Shown here piece after piece: positions 11,809 through 20,988 of a DNA stretch of 64,000 bases. A model generated the notes under the pieces. That model saw nothing but the letters and a program-made list of their open reading frames with translations. It did not search any database and was not told the origin of the DNA. The translations under genes and the position numbers were made by a program. Source of the DNA: Bacillota bacterium (lineage in GTDB: Bacteria; Bacillota; Clostridia; Peptostreptococcales; Anaerovoracaceae); the NCBI GenBank assembly GCA_036835995.1, contig DAITKX010000002.1, positions 48,433 to 112,432 of the forward strand, read 5' to 3'. The first letter of the stretch is position 1; each line of letters begins with the position of its first letter.

Positions 11809-13815
11809 TTATTCCTGTTCATTCAGCGTGATCCAGGCCTCGTAAGCTTCTGAGAGCAATTCTTTCAAACGGTTCAAATCGCTTTGATAGGCGTCGATCT
11901 TCACATGGTCGGTATAGACCTCTTCCCTGCACATCTCACTCTGGATCCACTCGATCTTCGCTTCCGTTTCCGCGATGGAGTCCTCCACGCGCTTCCGCTC
12001 CTTCTCGAGCCTTCTCTGCTGCGCCTGAGCTTCCTTATCTCTGCGGCGGGCTTCCATAGAGGATAAGCCGGCCCTGTCGGCATCCCCGGCGGCTCCATCC
12101 CGGTCCCCGGCTGTTCCGCTTCCCTGGCTTCTGGCATCGGAAACTCCCCTCTGCCCCAGTTCCTCCAGATAGCTTTTCCCGGAACCGAGAGACTGCTTCT
12201 TCTCCATGTAGTAGTCGTACCCGCCCAGGTAGTTCTCGACGCCGTCTTCACTCAGCTCGATGATTCGGGTGGGCACCTTATTAAGGAAATACCGGTCGTG
12301 GGACACGACGATCATCGTGCCGGGAAAATCCTGCAAAGCGTCCTCGAAAACTTCCTTTGAAGCGATATCAAGGTGATTGGTGGGCTCGTCCATGATCAGC
12401 AGGTTCGCGCCGGACAGCATGAGCTTCAGCAGCGAAAGCCGCGCCTTTTCCCCGCCGCTCAGAGAAGAAACCTGTTGAAAGACGGCGTCGTTTTTAAACA
12501 GGAACCGCCCCAGCAGGCTCCGCACCTCCGTATCGCTGTAAAGCCGGTAGGCGGAATGCACTTCCTCAAGCACCGTATTTCCGGTTCCAAGGAGATTCTG
12601 CTCCTGATCGTAATATCCGAAAGCGATATTATGGCCGAGCTTAATATACCCCTGATCCGGTTCCGCTTCTCCCATAATAATTTTTAACAGCGTTGTCTTT
12701 CCAATACCGTTTGGCCCTACCAGACATATCCGTTCTCCTCTTTTCACATCCAATTCGACATTTCGGAAAAGCTGCCTTTTATTATCGCCTCTTCCAAAGC
12801 TTTTAGAAAGTTCCTTGATGAGTAAAACGTCGTTGCCGCTCTGAAAATTCTGTTTAAAATGGATTTTCATCTTCCCGGACGCCGTTACAGGCCTGTCTAT
12901 GCGCTCCATGTGTTCCAGACGCTTTTCCCTGGACTGGGCCCTTTTCGCCAGCTTTTCGGTTCCGTGCTGTTTGAAACGCCGGATGATTTCCTCCTGCCGT
13001 TGGATCTCCCGTTGCTGATGCTCATATTTCCGGAATTCGTCCGCCTCTCTCATCCTCTTTTTCTCTGCATAGGCGGAGTAATTCCCTTCATATGTAACGA
13101 GCCTGTGGTTTTCAACCTCGAAGATCCGGTTTACCGTCTGATCGAGGAAATAACGGTCATGGGAGATGACGACGATGGTTCCCGAATATGCCTTTAAATA
13201 TTGTTCCAGCCATTTCAGCGTACCGATGTCCAGATGGTTGGTGGGTTCGTCCAAAAGCAGCAGCTCCGGCTTTTTCAACAGCAGGGATGCCAGGGCCAGC
13301 CTGGTCCGTTCCCCGCCGCTCAGAATGGAAATCTTTTTATCAAAAAATTCCTCCGGAAAGGCCATGCTGTTCAGGATCCCGTTGATCTCGCTCTTATAGC
13401 CGTATCCGTTCTTATTCTTGAATTCTTCCTGAAGATCGTCGTACTGATGCAGGAGTCTTGTAACGTCCCCGCCCCGGCCGGATTCCTCGGAAATCTGATG
13501 GGAGAGCGTCAAAAGCTCCTGCTCCATTTCGATTACACCAGAGAAAATCGCCAGCATTTCCTCGTATACGGTCTTTTCGGACTCAAAATTATCGCTCTGC
13601 CTGAGATAGCCGATGTTCGTGTTTGCGGATACAAAAAAGTCACCCGAATCGTAGGAAAGCCTCCCGGAAAGGATGTTCAGCAATGTGGTTTTCCCCGCGC
13701 CGTTGGCGCCGACGATGCCGATTCGGTCTCCTTGATTGATATGGAAGGAGACGTCGGTCAGAACGGGATCGACTCCGTATGTTTTTGTGATGTTGGTGGC
13801 TGAAAGTATGATCAT
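11809..13815 (-). CDS. ABC-F family ribosome-associated ATPase (YdiF/Uup-like)
   Basis: Two ABC cassettes (GANGAGKT, GPNGIGKT, LSGGE twice, DEPTNHLD twice), no TM segments, C-terminal coiled coil. Start reassigned to ATG 13815. Confidence 0.92.
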   Translation of the reverse strand: MIILSATNITKTYGVDPVLTDVSFHINQGDRIGIVGANGAGKTTLLNILSGRLSYDSGDFFVSANTNIGYLRQSDNFESEKTVYEEMLAIFSGVIEMEQELLTLSHQISEESGRGGDVTRLLHQYDDLQEEFKNKNGYGYKSEINGILNSMAFPEEFFDKKISILSGGERTRLALASLLLKKPELLLLDEPTNHLDIGTLKWLEQYLKAYSGTIVVISHDRYFLDQTVNRIFEVENHRLVTYEGNYSAYAEKKRMREADEFRKYEHQQREIQRQEEIIRRFKQHGTEKLAKRAQSREKRLEHMERIDRPVTASGKMKIHFKQNFQSGNDVLLIKELSKSFGRGDNKRQLFRNVELDVKRGERICLVGPNGIGKTTLLKIIMGEAEPDQGYIKLGHNIAFGYYDQEQNLLGTGNTVLEEVHSAYRLYSDTEVRSLLGRFLFKNDAVFQQVSSLSGGEKARLSLLKLMLSGANLLIMDEPTNHLDIASKEVFEDALQDFPGTMIVVSHDRYFLNKVPTRIIELSEDGVENYLGGYDYYMEKKQSLGSGKSYLEELGQRGVSDARSQGSGTAGDRDGAAGDADRAGLSSMEARRRDKEAQAQQRRLEKERKRVEDSIAETEAKIEWIQSEMCREEVYTDHVKIDAYQSDLNRLKELLSEAYEAWITLNEQE

Positions 13816-13832
13816 ATCAATTCCTGCAAATC

Positions 13833-14849
13833 CTACAAAGCTAAATTCGGATAGGCGTCCAGATAGAAATCGTCCTCCATCCCCGCCTGATACTTGTAAT
13901 ATGCGGCGCAGCCGATCATGGCGGCGTTGTCGGTACAGAGGATCGGAGAGGGATAGTACAGCGCAAGCCCTTTTCGGTCGCATGCTTCCTTCAGCATTTC
14001 CCGCAGAAGGCTGTTTGCCGCAACTCCTCCGGCCAGAACGATCTTGTCCTTCTTCATCCGCTCCGACGCCATGACGGCTTTGGCGACGATCACTTCCATC
14101 ACAGCAAGCTGAAAGCTGGCGGCGACGTCGTTGACGTCCGTCTCAAGCCCTTTCAGCTTCTGTGTATTCAAATAATTTAAAACTCCTGTTTTGATCCCGC
14201 TGAAGCTGAAATCGAGGCTGTCCTTTTCAAGAAAAACCCTCTTGAACTCCACAGCGTGGGGATTCCCCTTCTTTGCCGCCTCATCGATGAGGGGACCGCC
14301 GGGATAGCCCAGGCCCAGGACCCTGGCAACCTTGTCAAAGGCCTCTCCCGCCGCGTCGTCCCGGGTCCGCCCCAAAACCTCGTAGCGGTTGTGATCCGTC
14401 ACATCTATGATATTGGTATGGCCGCCGGAGACCACAAGGGCCATAAACGGGGGCTCCAATTCCTTATGCTCAATATAGTTGGCGCTGATGTGCCCCTGAA
14501 TATGGTGCACGCCCACCAGCGGTTTCCTCAACGCATAGGCCATGGATTTCGCGGTAGCAAGGCCGATGAGCAGCGCGCCCACGAGGCCCGGGCCGCAGGT
14601 GACGCCGATGATATCCACATCCTTCAGAGTGACATCCGCTTCTTTCAAAGCGCTGTCTATCACCGTATTGATATTGTCCAGATGGTGGCGGGATGCGATT
14701 TCCGGCACCACGCCGCCGAACACCTGATGCACCTTGATCTGGGAGGCTATGATATCGGAAAGCACTTCCCTTCCCTCCGCGACGATTGCCGCCGAGGTTT
14801 CATCGCAGCTGGACTCTATTCCTAGTGTTATGAACTTGTTATCTTTCAT
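13833..14849 (-). CDS. tsaD: tRNA t6A37 threonylcarbamoyltransferase TsaD
   Basis: [47 protein letters not shown]. Start at ATG 14849. Confidence 0.97.
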   Translation of the reverse strand: MKDNKFITLGIESSCDETSAAIVAEGREVLSDIIASQIKVHQVFGGVVPEIASRHHLDNINTVIDSALKEADVTLKDVDIIGVTCGPGLVGALLIGLATAKSMAYALRKPLVGVHHIQGHISANYIEHKELEPPFMALVVSGGHTNIIDVTDHNRYEVLGRTRDDAAGEAFDKVARVLGLGYPGGPLIDEAAKKGNPHAVEFKRVFLEKDSLDFSFSGIKTGVLNYLNTQKLKGLETDVNDVAASFQLAVMEVIVAKAVMASERMKKDKIVLAGGVAANSLLREMLKEACDRKGLALYYPSPILCTDNAAMIGCAAYYKYQAGMEDDFYLDAYPNLAL

Positions 14850-14860
14850 CGTTTCTCCGT

Positions 14861-15070
14861 TTATTCTATATTGGAAAACCTGTTCTGCATATTCAGCAGG
14901 CAACGGTCGTCCGCAGTGAGGTGCCTGCAATTTTCACAGGATTGATAGTCCATCATATTGAAGGAGGTAACATCATTTCTCCTTGAAAATCTGCTGCACT
15001 GCGTCGCCGCCGTAAGCATCTCGTCATTCTGGTCATGATAATCTTCATAATAATTATTTCTAATTTTCAT
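14861..15070 (-). CDS. Small Cys/His-containing hypothetical protein (69 aa)
   Basis: GAGAGGAG RBS; C..SCENCRH..C pattern; ends 11 bp before tsaD. Confidence 0.65.
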   Translation of the reverse strand: MKIRNNYYEDYHDQNDEMLTAATQCSRFSRRNDVTSFNMMDYQSCENCRHLTADDRCLLNMQNRFSNIE

Positions 15071-15277
15071 TTGGCGTTTCTCCTCTCAAGATAACTAAGG
15101 TTTTGTCTAAGGTTTTGTCCTTAGTATCTCTATTGAGGAAAAATTTATTATGCTTTTTCTTCCGAGTTTTCTCAGCAGTAAGCAAAAAAGCAACGTCCCG
15201 TTCCGGGACTCCGACTCGCGTTGCTCGCTGCTGTCCGTTTTGCCAACAAAGCCGCTTTGCGCCTTTGGGCAAAAAGG

Positions 15278-15721
15278 CTAGCGATTGCGCCACATTATTA
15301 TAGCATCTTCATTGTTATCCTCATAATAGTTTTTTCGCTTCCCTGCGGGCACAAAGCCGAATTTTGTATAGAGCGAAATGGCCGCTTCGTTGGATTCCCG
15401 GACCTCCAGTGTATGGCTTCGGATGCCGTTTTCTATGGTATGGGCCAGGAGGATGGATACCAGCGCCTCGCCGATCCCTCTTCTCCTGAAATCGGGATGC
15501 ACCGCCACGTTGGTGATGTGGCCTTCGTCCCCGACACACCAAAGCCCCGCGTAGCCTGCCAGCTTTTCGCCGATCTCGGCCACGATGTAAAAGGCCATGT
15601 TGTTCTCTTTGATCTCCTGTGCGAAGGACGCTTCGCTCCAAGGGGCTGTAAAGCACAGGACATCCATCTCCGCCATGGGTTTGATATCTCTTTCCTCCGC
15701 CTGACGTATGATCAGATCCAT
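15278..15721 (-). CDS. rimI: Ribosomal protein S18 alanine N-acetyltransferase
   Basis: GHITNVAVHPDFRRRGIG, LEVRESN, RKNYY; between tsaB and tsaD. Confidence 0.93.
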   Translation of the reverse strand: MDLIIRQAEERDIKPMAEMDVLCFTAPWSEASFAQEIKENNMAFYIVAEIGEKLAGYAGLWCVGDEGHITNVAVHPDFRRRGIGEALVSILLAHTIENGIRSHTLEVRESNEAAISLYTKFGFVPAGKRKNYYEDNNEDAIIMWRNR

Positions 15722-16440
15722 TAAGCTTTTCCCTCCAGCTTTCGCTCCGCCTCCGCCTGACGCATGTAGACAGGCTTGAGATCATTGAAGCTTTTTACTT
15801 TTCCTTCCCGATAAAGCGCCAGGGCCAGCCGTGCGACGGATGACGCTTTCTGAAACTTTATGTCGTCCTCTGCAAACAAAATTCGTATATTGTCTTTTAA
15901 CGATAACTCCTGCCATTTAAGGATTTGGGCCTCGTACGACGCGATGCCATCCCCGAAAAAGGTGATTTCCCCGGTCGTCGTTTCCAGCAGCGAAAGCAGC
16001 TCGTTCAAGTCATAGGCTGCGCCGGGGACAACCTCCTCATACCGTCCTTCTTCGGTCCACCGGTATGCGCCGCCGTAGACCTGGCTCCTTCTCGCGTCGA
16101 AAATGGGGCAGACGACCCCTTTATAATCGGGGGCGTTATATAGGAAGGATTTCAACGTGGGCACGCCGATGGTCTGCAGCCCCAGCGCCTGGGCCAGCGC
16201 CCTGGCGGAGGACACGCCGATTCGTATTCCAGTAAACGACCCGGGTCCCTCAGATACTGCAATATAATCCATATCGCCTATCGACAATCCGCGTTTTTTC
16301 AACAAAATATCCACCATTGGCATCAAATTCTGCAGATGGCTCAGCTTTTGGTCGGAGGCTTCCATGAAGACCTCCTCCCGTTCATTGATGACAGCGACGG
16401 AGGCCTCTGCCCCCGTGGTTTCTATTGCAAGTATGTTCAT
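15721..16440 (-). CDS. tsaB: TsaB
   Basis: ILAIETT, GPGSFTGIRIG, DARRSQVY. Confidence 0.96.
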   Translation of the reverse strand: MNILAIETTGAEASVAVINEREEVFMEASDQKLSHLQNLMPMVDILLKKRGLSIGDMDYIAVSEGPGSFTGIRIGVSSARALAQALGLQTIGVPTLKSFLYNAPDYKGVVCPIFDARRSQVYGGAYRWTEEGRYEEVVPGAAYDLNELLSLLETTTGEITFFGDGIASYEAQILKWQELSLKDNIRILFAEDDIKFQKASSVARLALALYREGKVKSFNDLKPVYMRQAEAERKLEGKA

Positions 16441-16468
16441 TTCCCGTTTCCTTTTCCAATGCTTTCGT

Positions 16469-16882
16469 TCATATCGTATAAATCCGCTCTTCCTCTTTTT
16501 CTCCGTACTCGATCCGGATGACGATGCTGCCCTCGGGAATCAGCTCCTCGATCCGGTCCGCCCACTCGACGACGCAGACCCCCCGGCCGAAAAAGTATTC
16601 CTCATAGCCCAGCTCGTACATTTCCTCAATGTCCCTGATCCTGTAGACGTCGAAATGATACAGAGGGAGCCGGCCCGAACAGTACTCCTGCACAATCGTA
16701 AAGGTGGGGCTTGTAATCATTTCGGTAATTCCAAGCCCCTCGGCAATCGATTTAGTCAGAGTGGTTTTGCCCGTTCCAAGGTCGCCGATCAAAGCGACGA
16801 CGTCTCCCGGCTTCAGCTTTTTCGCCAGCTCGGCTCCAAAATTCCAAGCGGCGTTTTCATTTTCTATCACGATTTTTTTCAT
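16469..16882 (-). CDS. tsaE: TsaE ATPase
   Basis: GDLGTGKT, SPTFTIV, HFDVYR, VEWA. Start at ATG 16882. Confidence 0.95.
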   Translation of the reverse strand: MKKIVIENENAAWNFGAELAKKLKPGDVVALIGDLGTGKTTLTKSIAEGLGITEMITSPTFTIVQEYCSGRLPLYHFDVYRIRDIEEMYELGYEEYFFGRGVCVVEWADRIEELIPEGSIVIRIEYGEKEEERIYTI

Positions 16883-16888
16883 GCAGAT

Positions 16889-16917
16889 ATTGTACCACAA
16901 AAACGGGCGCATTTAAA
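16889..16917 (-). promoter_or_regulatory. SigA promoter of the tsaE operon (probably leaderless mRNA); overlaps the ribU terminator hairpin
   Basis: TTTAAA-17-TACAAT with TG extension, 6 nt before the ATG, no SD. Hairpin CGGGCGCATTTAAA / TTTAAATGCGCCCG plus T5. Confidence 0.6.
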
Positions 16918-16977
16918 CATTTTTAAATGCGCCCGCCCGTTTCGACGCGGGTAAATGTATGACGGATCCGATTCCCG

Positions 16978-17556
16978 TCAGCTGTGAAGAAATCTTGAGA
17001 TCCTCTTGTAGAGCAGGAAGGTGATGGTGGAGTTGACCCCCGCCCTGATAAAATTAAATCCCAGAATAAACGGCATCAGGGGCATGATTGCATTCACCGG
17101 CAATCCCATAAACAGCGGGGTAACAACAAGGTTTGCGCCAAACATGACAGCGACCATTGCAAGGGTGCCGCAGATCAGCGCGATCACAGCAGACTTTCTC
17201 GTTTTTCCTCTTCTGTAGATATTCCCGGCTACAAGGACAAAAGTGCCTGTTGCGAGAATGTGCATGATGATACCGTAAGGCCCGCTCTGAGCGCTGACCG
17301 TCACTCCCTGTACTACCGCGACGATGACTGCCAGTCCGAAGCCGGCCAAAGGTCCGAAGGCAAAGGTTCCCATTAAAATTGCAACATCGGACGGATCATA
17401 CTCAAGAAAGGCCACCGGCGGAAAGATGGGAAAATGGATCAAGGATACCAATACGATGGCGATCGCCGCCAGCATTCCCGTTTTAGCAAGCTTCATTACG
17501 TTCTGATGGGACCTTGAGCCCGCAGACCCAGGGACATTGTTTGTGTTTTCGTTCAT
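16978..17556 (-). CDS. ribU: ECF transporter S component, riboflavin (RibU-type)
   Basis: FLEYDPSD..FAFGP S-component motif, about 6 TM segments, downstream of an FMN riboswitch. Start at ATG 17556 after AGGAGG. Confidence 0.88.
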   Translation of the reverse strand: MNENTNNVPGSAGSRSHQNVMKLAKTGMLAAIAIVLVSLIHFPIFPPVAFLEYDPSDVAILMGTFAFGPLAGFGLAVIVAVVQGVTVSAQSGPYGIIMHILATGTFVLVAGNIYRRGKTRKSAVIALICGTLAMVAVMFGANLVVTPLFMGLPVNAIMPLMPFILGFNFIRAGVNSTITFLLYKRISRFLHS

Positions 17557-17712
17557 TTCAAATTCCTCCTTGACATTCTGCCGGAACTTATACACCTGCC
17601 AAACATTTGCTATGCAAATGTGGTTAGGTGCGTAAGCCCCGCACATTTAAAATAGTTGGAATCTGTCAGGTTAAAAGGGAAATCGCGGATCGGTTCGATC
17701 GATGAAATTCCC

Positions 17713-17745
17713 GAAAAAAAACCTTGAAATTGCTTTCAAGGTTTT
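17713..17745 (-). terminator. Expression-platform terminator of the FMN riboswitch
   Basis: AAAACCTTGAAA-GCAA-TTTCAAGGTTTT plus T-run. Confidence 0.8.
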
Positions 17746-17773
17746 GCGCACAAATAGGAAAACTCCCGCTCTG

Positions 17774-17897
17774 TGTTTCTTTCATCCGGACTATACCGTC
17801 GGTATCGGAATCTGACCGATTCTGCCTGATTGGCTCGCGGACTCGTGGCATTGCGCCCATTACCGCCGGTGAGGAATCGCACCTCGCCCTGAAACAG
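17774..17897 (-). ncRNA. FMN riboswitch (RFN element)
   Basis: Minus strand reads TTCAGGGCGAGGTGCGATTCCTCACCGGCGGTAA...CCGCGAGC...GATTCCGATACCGACGGTATAGTCCGGATG, matching the RFN consensus. Confidence 0.95.
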
Positions 17898-17909
17898 ATT
17901 TACTGTTAT

Positions 17910-17938
17910 ATTATATTCCCTGGTCTTTTATCTGTCAA
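17910..17938 (-). promoter_or_regulatory. SigA promoter of the RFN-ribU transcript
   Basis: Perfect TTGACA-17-TATAAT. Confidence 0.9.
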
Positions 17939-17958
17939 ACACCAAAATCAGGTTCTCC

Positions 17959-19452
17959 TTATGCTTTTGTTTCCATTGTCACACTTTCTCCTGATTCCAC
18001 CGGAAGCTGACCGACCGCCAGCTCAAAGATGGCGTCGGCGAATATTTTAGCGCATTTTATGAGCTTCTCGACGGAAATATGTTCATTTTTCTGATGAGCA
18101 ATCTCCGGCTCGCCTGGAAAATCAGCGCCGAAAGCGACAGTGTTCTTTACCGCCCTGGCGTAAGTCCCCCCGCCGATGACCAGGGGTTCACTGCTTACAT
18201 CGCCGGTATGCTTTTTATATACCTCCATCAGCGTCCGGATCATCGGATCATCCTTGTCGATATAGATCGGTCCCTTGTGATCCTTTTTGACAATGCCGAG
18301 ATTGTATCGATTCACAACGGGAAGCATCGCGTCAAAGACCTGGTCATCGTTCATGGTAACAGGATAGCGGATGTTCACGGTAATGCTGGCCGACTCGTCG
18401 TCGATGTTCACCATGCCCACGTTAAAGATCAGCTTTCCCGAGTGTTCGTCCTCAAAACCGCAGCCCATGGAAACCCCGTTCAGGTCAAACCCGATATAGG
18501 TGTTGTAAAAATCGATAAAATCTCTTACGTCATCGTTTTCCAGAGCGATTTCACCGAAAAATTTCATCAGGACGGAGATGGCGTTCAACCCTTTGCCCGG
18601 GTTGGCGCCGTGGGATGAAATCCCCTGGGCCGTAATCTCGAGATTTTTTCCCACTCCCTTGGTATTGATCTGATAGCCGGTTTCCTTTCTGAATTCCGCC
18701 GCCTTTTCCTTGATCTCGTCATAGGAATCGGCCTTGATGACGGCCCTGGCATGATCGGCCACCATATTCGGCGCGTTTCCGCCCGTCATGCTTCTCAGGG
18801 AAACCCCTTTCGCGTTGGCGGCGGATTTTCCGATCTTCTTGGCCAGGTCGAAGATCAGTATTCCCATTTCTCCGTTGATCGCGGGAAATTCCCCGTCGGG
18901 AGAAAACCCGAAATCAGGATTTTTCACGTGCTTCAGGTAGTATTTCATCCCGGTCCAGCTCGTTTCCTCATCGAGGCCCAGAACCAGGCGCACCTTTTTC
19001 TCCGGTACGACTCCGGCGTCTTTCAGCGCTTTCATGGCATAGTAGACGGCGACGGCAGGCCCCTTATCGTCGATAGCTCCCCGTCCGTAGATCTTGCCAT
19101 CCGCCAGCTCTCCGCCGTAGGGTTCATAATCCCAGTCCTTTCCCTCCGGCACCACGTCAAGGTGGCAGAGGATTCCCATGATTTCATCGCTGGTTCCCGA
19201 AATTTCTCCCTGCTCATCCAGAAGATAGCCGCCAAATTCGATGTGCCCGCCATAGTTATCCGCGTTTTCGGTATCAAAGCCGTCCTCTTTCGCCTTTGCC
19301 ATCATATACTCAAAGGCAGCCTGCACCCCGGGACCGAAAGGCATGTCCTCCTGTGCCGGTTCCACGACGCTCTTGATGGCGATCAGCCCCTGGAGGGTTT
19401 TGATCATTTCCTCCTGGTTTTGTTCAATCAGATCCAAGTATTTTGTTTCCAT
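17959..19452 (-). CDS. pepV: M20 dipeptidase PepV
   Basis: HLDVVP, YGRGAIDDKGP, GLDEE, GGGTYAR, AHQKNE. Confidence 0.92.
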   Translation of the reverse strand: METKYLDLIEQNQEEMIKTLQGLIAIKSVVEPAQEDMPFGPGVQAAFEYMMAKAKEDGFDTENADNYGGHIEFGGYLLDEQGEISGTSDEIMGILCHLDVVPEGKDWDYEPYGGELADGKIYGRGAIDDKGPAVAVYYAMKALKDAGVVPEKKVRLVLGLDEETSWTGMKYYLKHVKNPDFGFSPDGEFPAINGEMGILIFDLAKKIGKSAANAKGVSLRSMTGGNAPNMVADHARAVIKADSYDEIKEKAAEFRKETGYQINTKGVGKNLEITAQGISSHGANPGKGLNAISVLMKFFGEIALENDDVRDFIDFYNTYIGFDLNGVSMGCGFEDEHSGKLIFNVGMVNIDDESASITVNIRYPVTMNDDQVFDAMLPVVNRYNLGIVKKDHKGPIYIDKDDPMIRTLMEVYKKHTGDVSSEPLVIGGGTYARAVKNTVAFGADFPGEPEIAHQKNEHISVEKLIKCAKIFADAIFELAVGQLPVESGESVTMETKA

Positions 19453-19479
19453 GACATAACCTCCTGATATTTATTCTTC

Positions 19480-20706
19480 TCATTCCGCGGTTCGGATATA
19501 CTCCTCGCCGATCAGGCTCCTGATATCCGAAAGCGCCTGCTTGGCCCGGGCGAGGTGGCCCGACTCGGCAAGGGCGGGATTTTCATCCATAGTATCGTCC
19601 AGCGGAATCACAGCGTAGATATCTCTTCCCGCTTTCTTGTATTTTTCGACCCAAAGGGGCACCGCGTCCATCTTGACGGAGACGATTTTCTTCGTGCTCT
19701 TCATGTATTCCATCTGCACCTGAGCGATGATCTCCTGCTCCGTATAGCGGTTGTCCAGAGTCTCCTCCCTCTGGTTGGAGAGGAAATTCCCCATGGAATA
19801 AAAGACGGGAACCTTCCTGCCCGTCTCGGCGTCTGTGAGCATTTCGGCGCCCTGTATCACATGGGGATGGGAAGCGATGATCACGTCCGCGCCGTAGCGA
19901 GCCGCCTCTTTTGCCATATGCTGCTGATATTCGTTCGGAGAGCGCTGATACTCCTCGCCCCAGTGAAAATAGCAGATCACGATTTCCGCGCCGTCCGCCC
20001 TGGCGTCCTGGATGCTCTTGTTCACCTTCTCAAGATCCTTATCCAGGGTATTGTAATTGAAGGTGTTGAAAAGCGGGATCGCGTCCTTGGGAATCGGGTT
20101 TGAGTTTATGGTGGGAATCGCGTCGTATTCCGGAGTCTCGTACAGGTATGCGACGATTCCGATCTTGACACCCTTAGCGGTTACGATGGCGTAATCCTTT
20201 TCCCCTTCCAGATGGGTTCCCGCAGTCACGAGGCCGGCGTCTCTGGCGACCTTTAGGGTCCTCTTCATACCGTCGACCCCCATGTCCATAATGTGGTTGT
20301 TGGCCGTCAAGGCAACGTCAAATCCGGCCTTTTTCAGCGCAACCGCAAGGCTGTCCGGGGTATTGAACACGGGATAGCCCGTATAATGCCCTCCGGCGAA
20401 AGTGGTTTCCAGATTGCACAGGGCGAGGTCCGATCCGGCGATGTATTTTTTAACGTATTCGAAATTGTTGTCGAAATTGTATGTTTCGGTGGCGCTGTCA
20501 TATTGCGCGGTGATTTGGGGCTGGTGGACCATTACGTCCCCTACCGCCGATATGCTGAGGGAAACCGGCTTCTCCGGCTCCGTCACCGTCGGCGGAGAGG
20601 CGGGGGGCGCGTCCCCCTTTTCTCCATGTAAAATAGGCGGGAGTATTATTATAAATAATCCCGCCGCAATGATCAGTGCTGCCAATATAATAATATATTT
20701 TTTCAT
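19480..20706 (-). CDS. CapA family metallophosphoesterase-like envelope protein
   Basis: AVGDVM, NLET, ANNH.MD, HWGEEY, HPHV, YSMGNF; N-terminal TM. Confidence 0.9.
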   Translation of the reverse strand: MKKYIIILAALIIAAGLFIIILPPILHGEKGDAPPASPPTVTEPEKPVSLSISAVGDVMVHQPQITAQYDSATETYNFDNNFEYVKKYIAGSDLALCNLETTFAGGHYTGYPVFNTPDSLAVALKKAGFDVALTANNHIMDMGVDGMKRTLKVARDAGLVTAGTHLEGEKDYAIVTAKGVKIGIVAYLYETPEYDAIPTINSNPIPKDAIPLFNTFNYNTLDKDLEKVNKSIQDARADGAEIVICYFHWGEEYQRSPNEYQQHMAKEAARYGADVIIASHPHVIQGAEMLTDAETGRKVPVFYSMGNFLSNQREETLDNRYTEQEIIAQVQMEYMKSTKKIVSVKMDAVPLWVEKYKKAGRDIYAVIPLDDTMDENPALAESGHLARAKQALSDIRSLIGEEYIRTAE

Positions 20707-20711
20707 GTATG

Positions 20712-20936
20712 CTACTGTACGGCTTCTACTCCGGCGATCTCAGGGTACTGCTCCTTGAGTATCCTTTCGATAACGCCCTTTAAAGTCATCGTGGCACCCG
20801 GGCATCCGGCGCAGGCGCCCCGCAGCTTGACCTTTACGACCTTGTCCGCCGTGTACTCCACAAATTCCACATCTCCGCCGTCTCTCTGCAGGAACGGTCT
20901 GATGTTGTCTATCGCGTCTTTGATGTTTTGTTCCAT
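20712..20936 (-). CDS. NifU C-terminal domain (Nfu-type) Fe-S carrier
   Basis: IRPFLQRDGGDVE..GACAGCP. Real start at ATG 20936 after AAGGAGG. Confidence 0.92.
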   Translation of the reverse strand: MEQNIKDAIDNIRPFLQRDGGDVEFVEYTADKVVKVKLRGACAGCPGATMTLKGVIERILKEQYPEIAGVEAVQ

Positions 20937-20988
20937 GTTTTCCTCCTTATAGCCTAGTGCGCTGTCTCGCTCACTGATTGGCTCTCTC

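Noticed and set aside
11809..13815. Antibiotic-resistance ABC-F
   Set aside because: Position next to tsaD and near rex matches the housekeeping YdiF-type locus
19480..20706. Poly-gamma-glutamate capsule locus
   Set aside because: Lone CapA-family gene without capB or capC
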